A stretch of 64,000 nucleotides of DNA from sequence record NC_041884.1. One strand, given 5' to 3'. Below the pieces are notes generated by a model. The model was not told where the DNA came from, made no database searches, and worked only from the letters and a program-made list of their open reading frames with translations. A program made the translations under genes and the position numbers. This document shows, one piece after another, positions 18,362-28,352 of the stretch; the first letter of the stretch is position 1, and every line of letters starts with the position of its first letter.

Positions 18362-19264
18362 ATGGCAAACTACAATGACTTAGTTGGTACTCGTCAATCT
18401 GTTACTGGCTTTCAAATTCCACAAGCACCAATGGTTCCTAACAACAGCTTATCTGATGGTATTGCTCCAGCTGGTACTTTTAAAGTAGCGCCTTACTTAC
18501 CTTTAGTTCGTTATAACGAAGATAAGTACACACATGTTGTTATTGGTTCTGGTAAACCAGTTGCTCAAGACTCTAATGGTGCTATCGTTCCTGCTGGTCT
18601 TCGTTTAGACTTAGTTGCTTATGGTGTAGCTCCTGCTAACGCTTTAGTTAAATATACACAAGCTGATGTAGATGCTGGTGTTCGTAACGCTGCTGGTGCG
18701 CTAGTTACAGCTGGTGAAGCTGTTGTTGCTTCTTTTGCAACAGCTGGTATTACTATCGGTGCTCACATTGGTGTAGCTCCTTATGACATCTTCCGTCATG
18801 CTGGTGGTGATAACATCAACCCAACTACTACTACTCATATTAATTTTAACCCACAACCAGTTATTGCTGTTCTTCGTGATTACCATATGCAATACCCTGT
18901 AGTTAAAGACGCTGCTACTGCACGTGCTGCTGCTCTTAAAGGTATGGCTGTTATGGTTGCTACTAAAGCTGATGTTGCTTTTGGTGGTTTTGTTACTTAC
19001 GATGCTGAGTCGAACTTTGTTATCGATGCTGCTCCTACTTTAGCTAATACTGTTGGTCAAATTACAGGTTTACGTGTTTACAAAGATGATACAACTGGTG
19101 CAGTTGTAGGTGATCACAACTTACTTGACCGTGTTGTTGCTCCTAACCCAGCTACAGCTTCTGTGTTAAATCAAGTTGCAAACGTATCTAATGACGGTAT
19201 GGGATCATTCATCACTTATTCAGGTGGATGGGGTGTTGTTGAATTTGGCCTTATTGGTCGTTAA
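18362..19264 (+). CDS. head decoration or capsid-stabilising protein
   Basis: Between protease and MCP; Ala/Gly/Val-rich with high-expression codons (CGT, GCT, GGT). Confidence 0.65.
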   Translation: MANYNDLVGTRQSVTGFQIPQAPMVPNNSLSDGIAPAGTFKVAPYLPLVRYNEDKYTHVVIGSGKPVAQDSNGAIVPAGLRLDLVAYGVAPANALVKYTQADVDAGVRNAAGALVTAGEAVVASFATAGITIGAHIGVAPYDIFRHAGGDNINPTTTTHINFNPQPVIAVLRDYHMQYPVVKDAATARAAALKGMAVMVATKADVAFGGFVTYDAESNFVIDAAPTLANTVGQITGLRVYKDDTTGAVVGDHNLLDRVVAPNPATASVLNQVANVSNDGMGSFITYSGGWGVVEFGLIGR

Positions 19265-19325
19265 TCCAACACATACATGTAAACAAAGAAATTCAATTTT
19301 AAATATATAAAGGAAATATATAAAT

Positions 19326-20522
19326 ATGACTACTGCATTAGAAATTAAAGATTTTAAAGAACTAGTACAAAACAATGGTAAAGTATCTGATACTAAATTC
19401 AGTATTCAAGATGCTCTATCTACTCCTAATGGTCCTCAAGCTTTAGGTAAATTATATACTGAAGTTGTTCAGCAAGTTATTGAAGCTGAAGCTCTAGGTC
19501 TTAAGCTAGTTCGTAAGATCCGTCACGATGACATCGTAGGTGAATCTACATCATTTAAATGGATCGGTGCTGGTAATATTCCTAACGTTGATCGTGCAGA
19601 ATCTGGTGAATATCCAGAGTTCAGTATTCAACTTGGTAAATCAGCTGTTGTACGTGCTCAATTCTTACAACGTGGTCTTGTAGTTAAGATTACTCAAGAA
19701 GACATTCGTTACAGCCGTTGGGATATCATCCGTGAGCATATCACTCAAGCTGCTTTAGCTCTTACTCGTGCTAAAGAAAAGTTAATCTTCCAAACATTTG
19801 AAGGTGCTGGTGCTGTTATTTTTGATAATAACGATGCTGCTAAAACAGCTTCTGTAAAAGGTCCTGCTAATGGTCGTGACCGTTTTGGTAACAAAAATGG
19901 TTCTTTAACTTATGAAGATATCATTGATATGGTTGCTATTATGAATACAAATGGTTATAACCCAAATGTAATGTTAGTACACCCGTTATCATTACCTATC
20001 TTCCAGAAAGATCCTATTCTTCGTCATATGGGCTTTGTAACAGGTAATCCATCTGCTTTCTTAAACAGTGGCTTAACTTCTCCAAATCCATACAGCAATG
20101 GTACTGTAGATACTTGGAGACGTCAGCAACGTGCTGCTACTGGTAATGGTCAAACATTATCTGATAAAGAAGTTGAGTTGCTTTCAACTGCTACTCCAGA
20201 ATTACCATCATTCCACCCATTGTCTGGTTTGACTATCATTGCATCAAACTTAGTTCCTTTTGATGCTGTAGCTAAGACTACTTCTATTATGTTGTTAGAT
20301 ACTTCTGCTACTGCTATCCTTAATGAGCAAGTACCTCTTACTGTTGATTCTTGGGAAGAGTACTCACGTGAAATCGTTGCAGTACGTATCAAAGAAGCTT
20401 ATTCAGTAGATGTAATTGATGAAGGTCGTGGTATCGCTGTAGCTAAGAACATTCCTCTTACTCCTAATGAGCTTTACATTGATCCTCAAGTTACTATTGA
20501 CGCTAAAGATTTACCAGCTTAA
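19326..20522 (+). CDS. major capsid protein (HK97 fold)
   Basis: 398 aa; E-loop-like DRAESGEYPE, GLVVKITQEDIRYSRWDII..HI..AA.AL.R.KE backbone helix; strongest codon bias; terminator downstream. Confidence 0.9.
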   Translation: MTTALEIKDFKELVQNNGKVSDTKFSIQDALSTPNGPQALGKLYTEVVQQVIEAEALGLKLVRKIRHDDIVGESTSFKWIGAGNIPNVDRAESGEYPEFSIQLGKSAVVRAQFLQRGLVVKITQEDIRYSRWDIIREHITQAALALTRAKEKLIFQTFEGAGAVIFDNNDAAKTASVKGPANGRDRFGNKNGSLTYEDIIDMVAIMNTNGYNPNVMLVHPLSLPIFQKDPILRHMGFVTGNPSAFLNSGLTSPNPYSNGTVDTWRRQQRAATGNGQTLSDKEVELLSTATPELPSFHPLSGLTIIASNLVPFDAVAKTTSIMLLDTSATAILNEQVPLTVDSWEEYSREIVAVRIKEAYSVDVIDEGRGIAVAKNIPLTPNELYIDPQVTIDAKDLPA

Positions 20523-20543
20523 TAGTTAGAGATTAAATCAAAA

Positions 20544-20578
20544 GGAGAGTGAGCTTAACACTTGCTCTCCTCCATTTT
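20544..20578 (+). terminator. putative intrinsic terminator or stabilising hairpin after MCP
   Basis: GGAGAGTGAG / CTTGCTCTCC 10-bp stem with two G-U pairs, followed by a short T tract. Confidence 0.55.
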
Positions 20579-20603
20579 AAATAAATATTATTAAGGATAA
20601 GAA

Positions 20604-20982
20604 ATGAAAATTCTATTAAAACGTGCCACTTATTATTTTAATGATGGTATTGTCCTCGGTCCTCTTTCTCGTGAAGCAGATGTGGATTTAAATGAAATGA
20701 GTGACTCATCTATTCGTAAGTTAAATGCTGGTGTTCGTACTGGTGTTATTGAAATCACTGAAGGTTTTGAAGAGTTTGAAGCTAAAGTAGTTAGTCTTTC
20801 AGCTAAGAAAGAAGACGCTTCCTTGTTAGTTTGAAGCTTTAAAGAAGATTAAAAAAGAAGTTGTAGAACAAATTAAAGAAGAAGTTAAAGTAGTTGAAGA
20901 CACAGACACTGTTAAAGTTGAAGAAGTTAAAGAAGAGACTACTAAGAAACCTGCTCCTAGACGTAAAACTACTGCTAAATAA
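20604..20982 (+). CDS. head-associated protein interrupted by a +1 frame break at GTT-TGA (76 aa, or 125 aa if joined)
   Basis: Frame 0 stops at TGA 20832-20834; the +1 frame continues from 20833 as EALKKIKKEVVEQIKEEV...KKPAPRRKTTAK to TAA 20982 with no start codon of its own. Confidence 0.7.
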
Positions 20983-21002
20983 TACTGTATACGAGGATTA
21001 GT

Positions 21003-22055
21003 ATGATGGATATAAAAATTATTAATAGTGATAAAGAACTATTGTCTTTCCCTATCACACAATCTATAAGTCTTTCCTTATCTGAAAGCATTGACGTTAA
21101 TACATTACAAAATCATATTATCCTTTTTAGATTATTACCTAATAACAATTTAGTTAGTTTAGTAGAACCATATTCTTACACTCTAGGATACATTAAAGAA
21201 ACGTTTAATACAGTTGATGTAACATTTAAACTTGAAGAAAGATCAGATGATTTTTTACTCACTGTTACTCCTATTAAACCTCTCTTTCTAGACTCAGAGT
21301 ATGCTATATATATTACTAGAAATTTAGTAGAAGCTAACTCAAAAGTTGTTAAAACTGTTTCTAAATCTAAATCAACACTTCAAACTGTTGTTACAGGGAA
21401 TGTACTAGATAGAACAATAGAAGTGGAAGTTCTAAAAACATCTGTAATTTCTAATGGTTCGAATGTAGTTGAATTTAAGTTAGATGGTAGTCCTTATACA
21501 TTAAATCTCGCTCAAAACACATCAGTAACTTTAAATAATATTAAATACATATTTGAAAACACTGTATATCTAATTGGTGAGAAATTTAATGTAACTGTAG
21601 ATAATGTTGGTGATGTAAGACTTGAAGACGTTTTATATAAGTTTAAGACTGCTCCTTCAGAATCTATCAAACCTATAAGTCACCAAACACCATCTACAAG
21701 TATTGATACTCAAGCTATATTGAATTTCTATCAGCAAGTTAGCACTTCCCCTACTGTTATATTAACCCCTAAATATATAAATCCTAATCTATTTGCAATC
21801 ACACTCCCTGATGGGTACAAGTTAGATAAAACTAAGTGTATAGATGTAGCAATGATTAGAGAAGCTTTTAATAATTATTTACTAAGTAATATGGGCTTGT
21901 ATGACAGCAATCATAAATATTCTATTTACCTATTTCAAGAAGGAAATGAATTGTATGTAGAAGTAATATACTCAGATACTAATGATACTCCAGTGGTAAT
22001 ATATGATGAGAATGAATTTGTATTGAAGTATAAACTTAAGAGAGTAGGGATATGA
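21003..22055 (+). CDS. virion protein with N-terminal Ig-like (Big_5/SbsA-type) domain
   Basis: FPITQSISLSLSESID...LTVTPIKPLFLDSEYAIYIT pattern. Confidence 0.6.
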   Translation: MMDIKIINSDKELLSFPITQSISLSLSESIDVNTLQNHIILFRLLPNNNLVSLVEPYSYTLGYIKETFNTVDVTFKLEERSDDFLLTVTPIKPLFLDSEYAIYITRNLVEANSKVVKTVSKSKSTLQTVVTGNVLDRTIEVEVLKTSVISNGSNVVEFKLDGSPYTLNLAQNTSVTLNNIKYIFENTVYLIGEKFNVTVDNVGDVRLEDVLYKFKTAPSESIKPISHQTPSTSIDTQAILNFYQQVSTSPTVILTPKYINPNLFAITLPDGYKLDKTKCIDVAMIREAFNNYLLSNMGLYDSNHKYSIYLFQEGNELYVEVIYSDTNDTPVVIYDENEFVLKYKLKRVGI

Positions 22056-22339
22056 CGATAGCTGTAGAGTATCCAGAAATTAAAAATGCCTTTATAGGCA
22101 ACAAGATTCAAATAATTAATAAAAGTATATCTAAGATAAGAATTCTAAAGATTTCAACAACTTCTTTACTATTCTCCTTTAAATTAAGTACAGATAATGT
22201 TACATACAATACAAACTTATATCCTCATATAGATATAGAACCAGATGCAATATTAGAAGTGTATGCTAAAGCTGATACAACAACTGTTAGTAGAATTATA
22301 ACTAGTAATCTAATTAACCTTGAGGTAGAGTACGTATGA
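22052..22339 (+). CDS. hypothetical virion protein
   Basis: Coupled ORF in the neck region. Confidence 0.65.
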   Translation: MTIAVEYPEIKNAFIGNKIQIINKSISKIRILKISTTSLLFSFKLSTDNVTYNTNLYPHIDIEPDAILEVYAKADTTTVSRIITSNLINLEVEYV

Positions 22340-23043
22340 ATATAAACCTTAAATTAGCTCTTCCTATAGTAAATAGTGAAGGAAAGACATCAGTAGTGAA
22401 AGTAGATAGTTCTTTAATGTTGACTCCCTACTACGCTACAGAAGAAGATATTGTACCTACATTTCCTAATATCAAAGAAGAAGATTTAACTCACCTTAGA
22501 AGATTACTATTCAATGCATCTATATCCGTAGACAGATTAACTGACAAGATACAATTTCTTAAACTATTAACTGATTTTCAACTATTTTCTCTTAAAAGAG
22601 ACTATGTTATTTGCTCTGTTACTAATGAATTTGCTAAGAGAATGAATGCGGATGCAGTTAAAGCTAAAAGTCAAAGTAAGTCTTTAGGAGACTTCTCAGT
22701 ATCCGTATCTCAAACATCTGATACCACTGTTATCAGCAAGATATTTAGTGACTCTAAGGAGTGCTTAGAAAATCTAGAGACTCTTATAAGAGAGACAGAA
22801 GAAACACAAATACTCCCTTCAGAGTTTGTTAAAGGAAGATATAATCCTAATAATAAGCATACCTATGGAAGACTATGGTGGTTAACTGATTTAGATAATG
22901 GTGCAAGAGTTACAGATGGTTATGCTAGTAAGAAATACCTGTATAATGGCAATCTGTACAAGTCAGCTACATTAAATAGGTATTCTAGTGTAGAAAATGT
23001 TGACACAGTATCTTATTATTTAAGAGGTGATAATGAAGAATGA
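22336..23043 (+). CDS. head-tail adaptor (neck) protein
   Basis: Synteny; helical bundle followed by KSKSLGDFSVS beta hairpin typical of adaptors. Confidence 0.6.
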   Translation: MNINLKLALPIVNSEGKTSVVKVDSSLMLTPYYATEEDIVPTFPNIKEEDLTHLRRLLFNASISVDRLTDKIQFLKLLTDFQLFSLKRDYVICSVTNEFAKRMNADAVKAKSQSKSLGDFSVSVSQTSDTTVISKIFSDSKECLENLETLIRETEETQILPSEFVKGRYNPNNKHTYGRLWWLTDLDNGARVTDGYASKKYLYNGNLYKSATLNRYSSVENVDTVSYYLRGDNEE

Positions 23044-23539
23044 TTTAAATCTAATAACTGAATTAGATACTCTTCTTTTTACTGATTTAGATACAGATGC
23101 TATAAGCAGACCTCTAATTTGGACTAGGTTTAGACGACATGAAGATAACGATAAACGAGTTAACTGCTCTGCTTGCAACCCTAACATAAATGGTTATGTA
23201 GAAGGACAGTTAGGATGTCCTTATTGTAAGGGATATGGATATTTAAGTGATCAATCTATAATTAAAGGTTATCTATACAAACAGAATGAAGGTAAAGATA
23301 GATACAACCTGCATGCTTTTGAAAAGGTTGGTAAGGCAGATACAACCTCTTACGTATTAGTTACTCCTTATGATGTGAAGCCTCTAAATGAAGACTATAT
23401 AGAATTAGTAGATTTAGATAGTAATGGAAAGATAGCTATGCCTCTCAAGATGACAGAAAGATTAAAAATAATCTTTAACAGGTCTATGAGAGCTAGTACA
23501 AATAAGACTGATTTTAATATTTCTTATTTAGGAGGATAA
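23027..23539 (+). CDS. head-closure protein with Zn-finger insert
   Basis: Synteny; CSAC...GCPYCKGYGY; alternative ATG at 23033. Confidence 0.55.
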   Translation: MIMKNDLNLITELDTLLFTDLDTDAISRPLIWTRFRRHEDNDKRVNCSACNPNINGYVEGQLGCPYCKGYGYLSDQSIIKGYLYKQNEGKDRYNLHAFEKVGKADTTSYVLVTPYDVKPLNEDYIELVDLDSNGKIAMPLKMTERLKIIFNRSMRASTNKTDFNISYLGG

Positions 23540-23542
23540 TAG

Positions 23543-24226
23543 ATGTCTAATGACAGTATTTTTAAAGAAGTTATCCAATTCAGAGATGAACTCCTATCAA
23601 GTGATTTCAATCATATTGAAGGAGACTCAATAGAAGAAATTTATAGTTTTGGCAATAACATTTATCAGTTGTTTGATGGTTTGCTAGACTTATTTAAAGA
23701 GCTAAACCTTTTATCAGATTCTGGAGACCCCTCTCCAGAAAAATTTAGATTTATTCATGCTTACCCTGATGAGGTTAAGGATGCTGTAATTCCTAATATT
23801 GTTACATATAATATAGTTAGAAGAACTCCTAGAGTGACATCTAATTCTAGTATAAATACAAGACCAGTAACTAAACATGGACCATCAGTTGTTGGTGAGA
23901 CGTATAATCAAATTACAGGTAATGTAGAAGAACAATATAAATTAGAATTTGACAATGTTGTTGCAATCACAATATTTTCAGAAAAAGCTAGAGTACTAAA
24001 CAACCTTGCAAGACTAATAGAATCTATTTTTTTGAAGTACTCTAGTTATATTAAAAAATTTGTAGACATGTATATTTATCTAGGAATGAGTGACATACGT
24101 TACTTAGATAAATATGAAGATCAAGCTCCTTTGTACTGTAGAGAACTTCAATTTAAAGTTATGACTACAGAGGTATACAAACAAGAACTTGAACATATTA
24201 AATCTATAAATCTTCAACTTAATTAA
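23543..24226 (+). CDS. tail completion or terminator protein
   Basis: Directly upstream of the sheath gene; size and position typical. Confidence 0.5.
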   Translation: MSNDSIFKEVIQFRDELLSSDFNHIEGDSIEEIYSFGNNIYQLFDGLLDLFKELNLLSDSGDPSPEKFRFIHAYPDEVKDAVIPNIVTYNIVRRTPRVTSNSSINTRPVTKHGPSVVGETYNQITGNVEEQYKLEFDNVVAITIFSEKARVLNNLARLIESIFLKYSSYIKKFVDMYIYLGMSDIRYLDKYEDQAPLYCRELQFKVMTTEVYKQELEHIKSINLQLN

Positions 24227-24249
24227 TTTAGTTAACTAAAGGAAATAAA

Positions 24250-26247
24250 ATGTCAAGAGTTGGTATTACTTCTGAAATTTTAGATGGCAAGTTAAATCCA
24301 CGAGTAAGTCTTCCTGAAGATGTAACTCTTGTTGTAAGTCGTTCGACTACTGGTCCATCTAATCAGTTGTACTCTGTGTCAGATACAGAAACAGCTAAAC
24401 AAATTTATGGTGCAAATTCACCTATTATTCAATTAATGAAACATGCTTTTGCTGGTGGTGCTCGTAGTGTAGCTCTATATCGTATTGGTGGTCGTCCTGC
24501 TAGTATTGAAAACCTTTTTGGTGAGTATACAACTTTACGTACAACTGCTGCTTCTGTAGGTGCTGGTTCTAATCTTAAAGTATATGCTGGTCCACGTGTA
24601 AACGATCCTGAAACATCTATTGTAATTGTTTATGATGGTGCTAAAATTGTTTATTCTAACTCTCCAGGTCAAGAGATCGATACAGGTGTAGTATCTTTAG
24701 AAGGATTTGATTCTTCTGATTTCCAATTTATTATTGGTACTCCATCTGCTCCAGTTCCATTTGCAAATGTAGTAGATAACCTCAAAGCTAAGTACGTTGA
24801 AGCATTCGTTGCTGATGGTGTTGCTTCTGCTTACACACTTTCTCAAGCAACTATTGACTCAGTTGTTCAGGTTGTTAAAACATCAGCTACTGGTGTTATT
24901 AGAACTCTAGCTGCAAACGAATATACAGTTAATGGTAATCAAGTAACTATTACTACTAGTCCTCAAGCTAGTGAAGTAATTCAAATTACTTATACTAAGA
25001 CTACAACTGCTGCTGCACATGATATCGAGTACCGTGCTGGTGAAGATAACATGGGTGCATCACTTAACAAACTTTATGAACTCTATGATTCAGCTTTTGT
25101 TGATTTAGAAGCTTATTCTGTATTCTCAGTTGTAATTGAAGACTTATTTGCTGCTAGAAATATCAGTTCAGGTGATGACGCTACTGCTGATCGTCTTACT
25201 TATGTAAAACGTACAGAAACTGAAGAAGGGTTTGAATATGAGTGGTCTCAATTTAAGCATCTATATCAAAAGCTAAGTAACCCTACTGAAACTACTACTA
25301 ATATTGCAGAAGCTGCATTAGATAGTAATGGTCAACCAATCATTGTTGATTCTTATCATGAAGTAGACTTTGCGCATAGACTAGCTATGTGGGCTTGGAC
25401 TCAGTCTGATATTGCTCATTATGTGAATGGTGTTATTGGTCCTCGTGGTCCTAAAGCTAACTTTACATTAGCTATTAACCGCTGGGTTGGTAAATCTCCT
25501 GAACGTGATATCTACGGTAAGATCATCGTTAATGGTGAAGGATTACTAGGTAACCGTTTCATGGTTGGTTCTACAACTCATAAAGCTGGTTTCTATGCAA
25601 CTGATACGGGATTCCCTGATGGCGATCCATTATATGATTCAACTGGTGTGATTGTAGATATTGGTAAACATTTAAGTATTCCTGTACTTCCTGTATTACT
25701 TTCTACAGATCTTTTAACATCTGCTGGAGCAAGTGTTGTATCTGCTGCTGCTGCTTATTCAGGTTTAATTACTCAAGTACAACCTGGGGACTCTACAACT
25801 AATATTGTAATTCCTGGTGTAACTCCACTATTTAAACTGAAAGCAGATAAGATTCAAGCATTATCTAATGCTGGATATGTAGTTTTCGAACAAAAAACTA
25901 AAGGCTTAACAGTATACTCTGGTGACCTAGCAACTAACGATAATTCAGACTATGATTACATCTCAACAGCTATTGCTATTACTCATGTTCTTAAGAACTT
26001 ACGTAATGTAATCGACCCTTACATTGGTCGTGGTTTAAGTGCTGCTCTATTAGCTGCTCTTTATAACGCAATTGATGTTGAATTGAAAGCTGCTGTTACT
26101 AATGGTTATATCAATGGTTATAGCTTCAACTTACTTGGTAGTGATGTCAATACATTAAGATTACCATTAAGTATTCAACCTAAGCATGAGTTACGTACTG
26201 TCAACATTACTGTTTCTCTTGCAGAACAAGATTTATTCAGTATCTAA
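24250..26247 (+). CDS. tail sheath protein
   Basis: 665 aa; C-terminal LSNAGYVVF...D...STNDNSDYDYIS...V...R...YIG sheath motifs; high-expression codons. Confidence 0.92.
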   Translation: MSRVGITSEILDGKLNPRVSLPEDVTLVVSRSTTGPSNQLYSVSDTETAKQIYGANSPIIQLMKHAFAGGARSVALYRIGGRPASIENLFGEYTTLRTTAASVGAGSNLKVYAGPRVNDPETSIVIVYDGAKIVYSNSPGQEIDTGVVSLEGFDSSDFQFIIGTPSAPVPFANVVDNLKAKYVEAFVADGVASAYTLSQATIDSVVQVVKTSATGVIRTLAANEYTVNGNQVTITTSPQASEVIQITYTKTTTAAAHDIEYRAGEDNMGASLNKLYELYDSAFVDLEAYSVFSVVIEDLFAARNISSGDDATADRLTYVKRTETEEGFEYEWSQFKHLYQKLSNPTETTTNIAEAALDSNGQPIIVDSYHEVDFAHRLAMWAWTQSDIAHYVNGVIGPRGPKANFTLAINRWVGKSPERDIYGKIIVNGEGLLGNRFMVGSTTHKAGFYATDTGFPDGDPLYDSTGVIVDIGKHLSIPVLPVLLSTDLLTSAGASVVSAAAAYSGLITQVQPGDSTTNIVIPGVTPLFKLKADKIQALSNAGYVVFEQKTKGLTVYSGDLATNDNSDYDYISTAIAITHVLKNLRNVIDPYIGRGLSAALLAALYNAIDVELKAAVTNGYINGYSFNLLGSDVNTLRLPLSIQPKHELRTVNITVSLAEQDLFSI

Positions 26248-26260
26248 TAGGAGATAAATT

Positions 26261-26947
26261 ATGGCTTTAAATCCAAGTTCAAACACTATTGCTGATTCAG
26301 GTACATATATCTCTAAAGCTGGTACAGAAATTCATGCTGTTTTTAATGGTAAGAAATTCGGTGACTTGCATATGATTAAGTACGCTGTACAGCGTGATGT
26401 AGCTAACGTACACGTTATGGGAACAGTTGATGCTGTGTCTGTAGCTAAAGGTAAACGTTCTACAACTGGTGCTTGTGTATTTGCAGTCTTTGAAAAAGAT
26501 CGCTTACTTGAAGCAGTTCAAGATAAGTCAGTGTTCCTTACAGAGCACGAACTAGTTAACTATGGTGATGGTAAAGCTCAAAAAGGTTTTAACCCTCTTG
26601 ACACTAAAGCTAATCTAGCTATTCAAGCTGGTGGTACAGTTAGAGATACTTCTGCTTTTGATAACTCAAGCTCTGACTCAGTATTCAATTCATTTGGTAG
26701 AGAAGTGAAACCAATGTTGATTGACCAAATCCCTCCTTTCGATATCGTATTGGTAGGTATTTCAGAAGCATCTGGTCATGCTTCTCGTATGGTTATTCAC
26801 GGTGTTCAGTTCAATAGTGATCAAGGTGGTTCAAGTGTTGATGATCTCTTATTAGAGCGTCAAGTTACTTTTATTGCTAAACGTATTACTCCTTGGGCTG
26901 CTCTTAAAGACTTATCTTATGGTTCGTCTTCTTCACTCAATGCTTAA
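26261..26947 (+). CDS. tail tube protein
   Basis: Follows the sheath; IKYAVQRDVANVHVMG...KGKRSTTG and PPFDI motifs; high-expression codons; terminator after it. Confidence 0.85.
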   Translation: MALNPSSNTIADSGTYISKAGTEIHAVFNGKKFGDLHMIKYAVQRDVANVHVMGTVDAVSVAKGKRSTTGACVFAVFEKDRLLEAVQDKSVFLTEHELVNYGDGKAQKGFNPLDTKANLAIQAGGTVRDTSAFDNSSSDSVFNSFGREVKPMLIDQIPPFDIVLVGISEASGHASRMVIHGVQFNSDQGGSSVDDLLLERQVTFIAKRITPWAALKDLSYGSSSSLNA

Positions 26948-26967
26948 TTACATTACTAAGTAACTCT

Positions 26968-27008
26968 AAAAGGAGAACTCTTTAATTGGAGTTCTCCTTT
27001 TTTATTTT
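26968..27008 (+). terminator. intrinsic terminator (possibly bidirectional)
   Basis: Perfect 13-bp stem AAAAGGAGAACTC / GAGTTCTCCTTTT followed by a T-rich tract. Confidence 0.85.
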
Positions 27009-27021
27009 ATAGGATACAAAG

Positions 27022-27756
27022 ATGGCTTATGATATTGATAGGTACTTAAATAAAAGATCTTCATCTAACATTAGTTATGAACTAGAACAAGAATATATTC
27101 CAATTCCTGGTACTTCTACTAGAGTACTTCTTGAATTCCCTAATTATAATATTAATGGGAAAACAGCTATGATAATCTTAGATGATGTCATGACAATTTC
27201 TTTTTCCTCATATAGAACTAAAGCACCAGTTACAACTCTTGGACAGACATCAGTTGGAGGCTTTGGTTTAGGTAATCGTATTGTAGCAGGATCGATAATT
27301 AGATCTGTATTCACTACAGATAACTTAACAGAATTACAATCTAAAATATTTTTAGAAGATCAAGAGAATATTGCTAAAAGACTACAAGGACTTGATAATG
27401 TAATGCCGACAGGACTACCTCTGAAAGATCAAATTGCTATTATTCAAGATGACCTAACTGCTTTTAATATCCATATATATTCCGTATCAGAGAACATTAG
27501 ACCTCTAGGTAAAGAGAATACTCCTTATGAAAGATTTGAAACAATTGTAGGAGCAGTGATTATGAATACAGGTCAAGTACATTCAATTGAGGATTTAATT
27601 ACAGAGAGTACAGTTTCCTTTCAAGCTAAAGCTTTTAGATCATCTACAAATATTACAGATTATACTAGAGGTTATGGAGCAACTGAGGCTTTTCCTTCTG
27701 TATCATATCTTCTAAATAAAAACATGAATCAAGATGTAAACATTAAATTAAAGTAA
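27022..27756 (+). CDS. tail-tube-fold paralogue (tube initiator-like)
   Basis: TISFSSYRTKAPVTTLG...GNRIVAGS aligns by eye with the tube motif. Confidence 0.6.
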   Translation: MAYDIDRYLNKRSSSNISYELEQEYIPIPGTSTRVLLEFPNYNINGKTAMIILDDVMTISFSSYRTKAPVTTLGQTSVGGFGLGNRIVAGSIIRSVFTTDNLTELQSKIFLEDQENIAKRLQGLDNVMPTGLPLKDQIAIIQDDLTAFNIHIYSVSENIRPLGKENTPYERFETIVGAVIMNTGQVHSIEDLITESTVSFQAKAFRSSTNITDYTRGYGATEAFPSVSYLLNKNMNQDVNIKLK

Positions 27757-27765
27757 GGGGAACTC

Positions 27766-28341
27766 ATGGCTACACCAATATATGACCACTATTATACAGC
27801 CTCTGATGTTAATGTTTTTCTTCATTTTCCACCAACAGGAAAGACAGTTAATATAGACAAAGCAGTAGCAATAGCATATACTCACAACATATCTTCTGTT
27901 CCAATTTATACATTAGGAAGTTTAGAACCTTTATATTTTACAAGAGGAAATTCTATTGTTCAGGGGCAGTTAGACTTAGCTTTTAAGAGTACTCTTTATT
28001 TAAAGACAGCTATAAACTATCTAGTAACTAATACTAAAGAGACTACACCAAAGACAACTAAAAAGCCTGCTAATAAAATGACTACTGAAGAATTAAGAGA
28101 GAGTCAAAGAGAAGTTGCAACTGGCAGTGATTTACAAATGGAATCAAAGAGCCTGATACAACAACCTAGTTTATTTGATATTCGTATTGTATATAACAAT
28201 TCAAACTCTAATATGGCTGGTAATCAAGAAACTATAATACTTCAAGGTATTAAGTTTACTGGTCAATCTCAAGCAACTAACTCACATGATGACACAGCTT
28301 TAGTAGATCGTTATACATTTTTAGCTAAAAATATTGCATAA
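27766..28341 (+). CDS. second tail-tube-fold paralogue
   Basis: IAYTHNISSVPIYTLG...FTRGNSIVQGQL aligns with the tube motif. Confidence 0.6.
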   Translation: MATPIYDHYYTASDVNVFLHFPPTGKTVNIDKAVAIAYTHNISSVPIYTLGSLEPLYFTRGNSIVQGQLDLAFKSTLYLKTAINYLVTNTKETTPKTTKKPANKMTTEELRESQREVATGSDLQMESKSLIQQPSLFDIRIVYNNSNSNMAGNQETIILQGIKFTGQSQATNSHDDTALVDRYTFLAKNIA

Positions 28342-28352
28342 GGATTATAAGA

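Noticed and set aside
18320-20590. Recurrent TAAATA upstream of highly expressed genes, resembling the T4 late promoter TATAAATA
   Set aside because: The hexamer is expected often by chance at this AT content; no consistent spacing to starts could be shown without TSS data.
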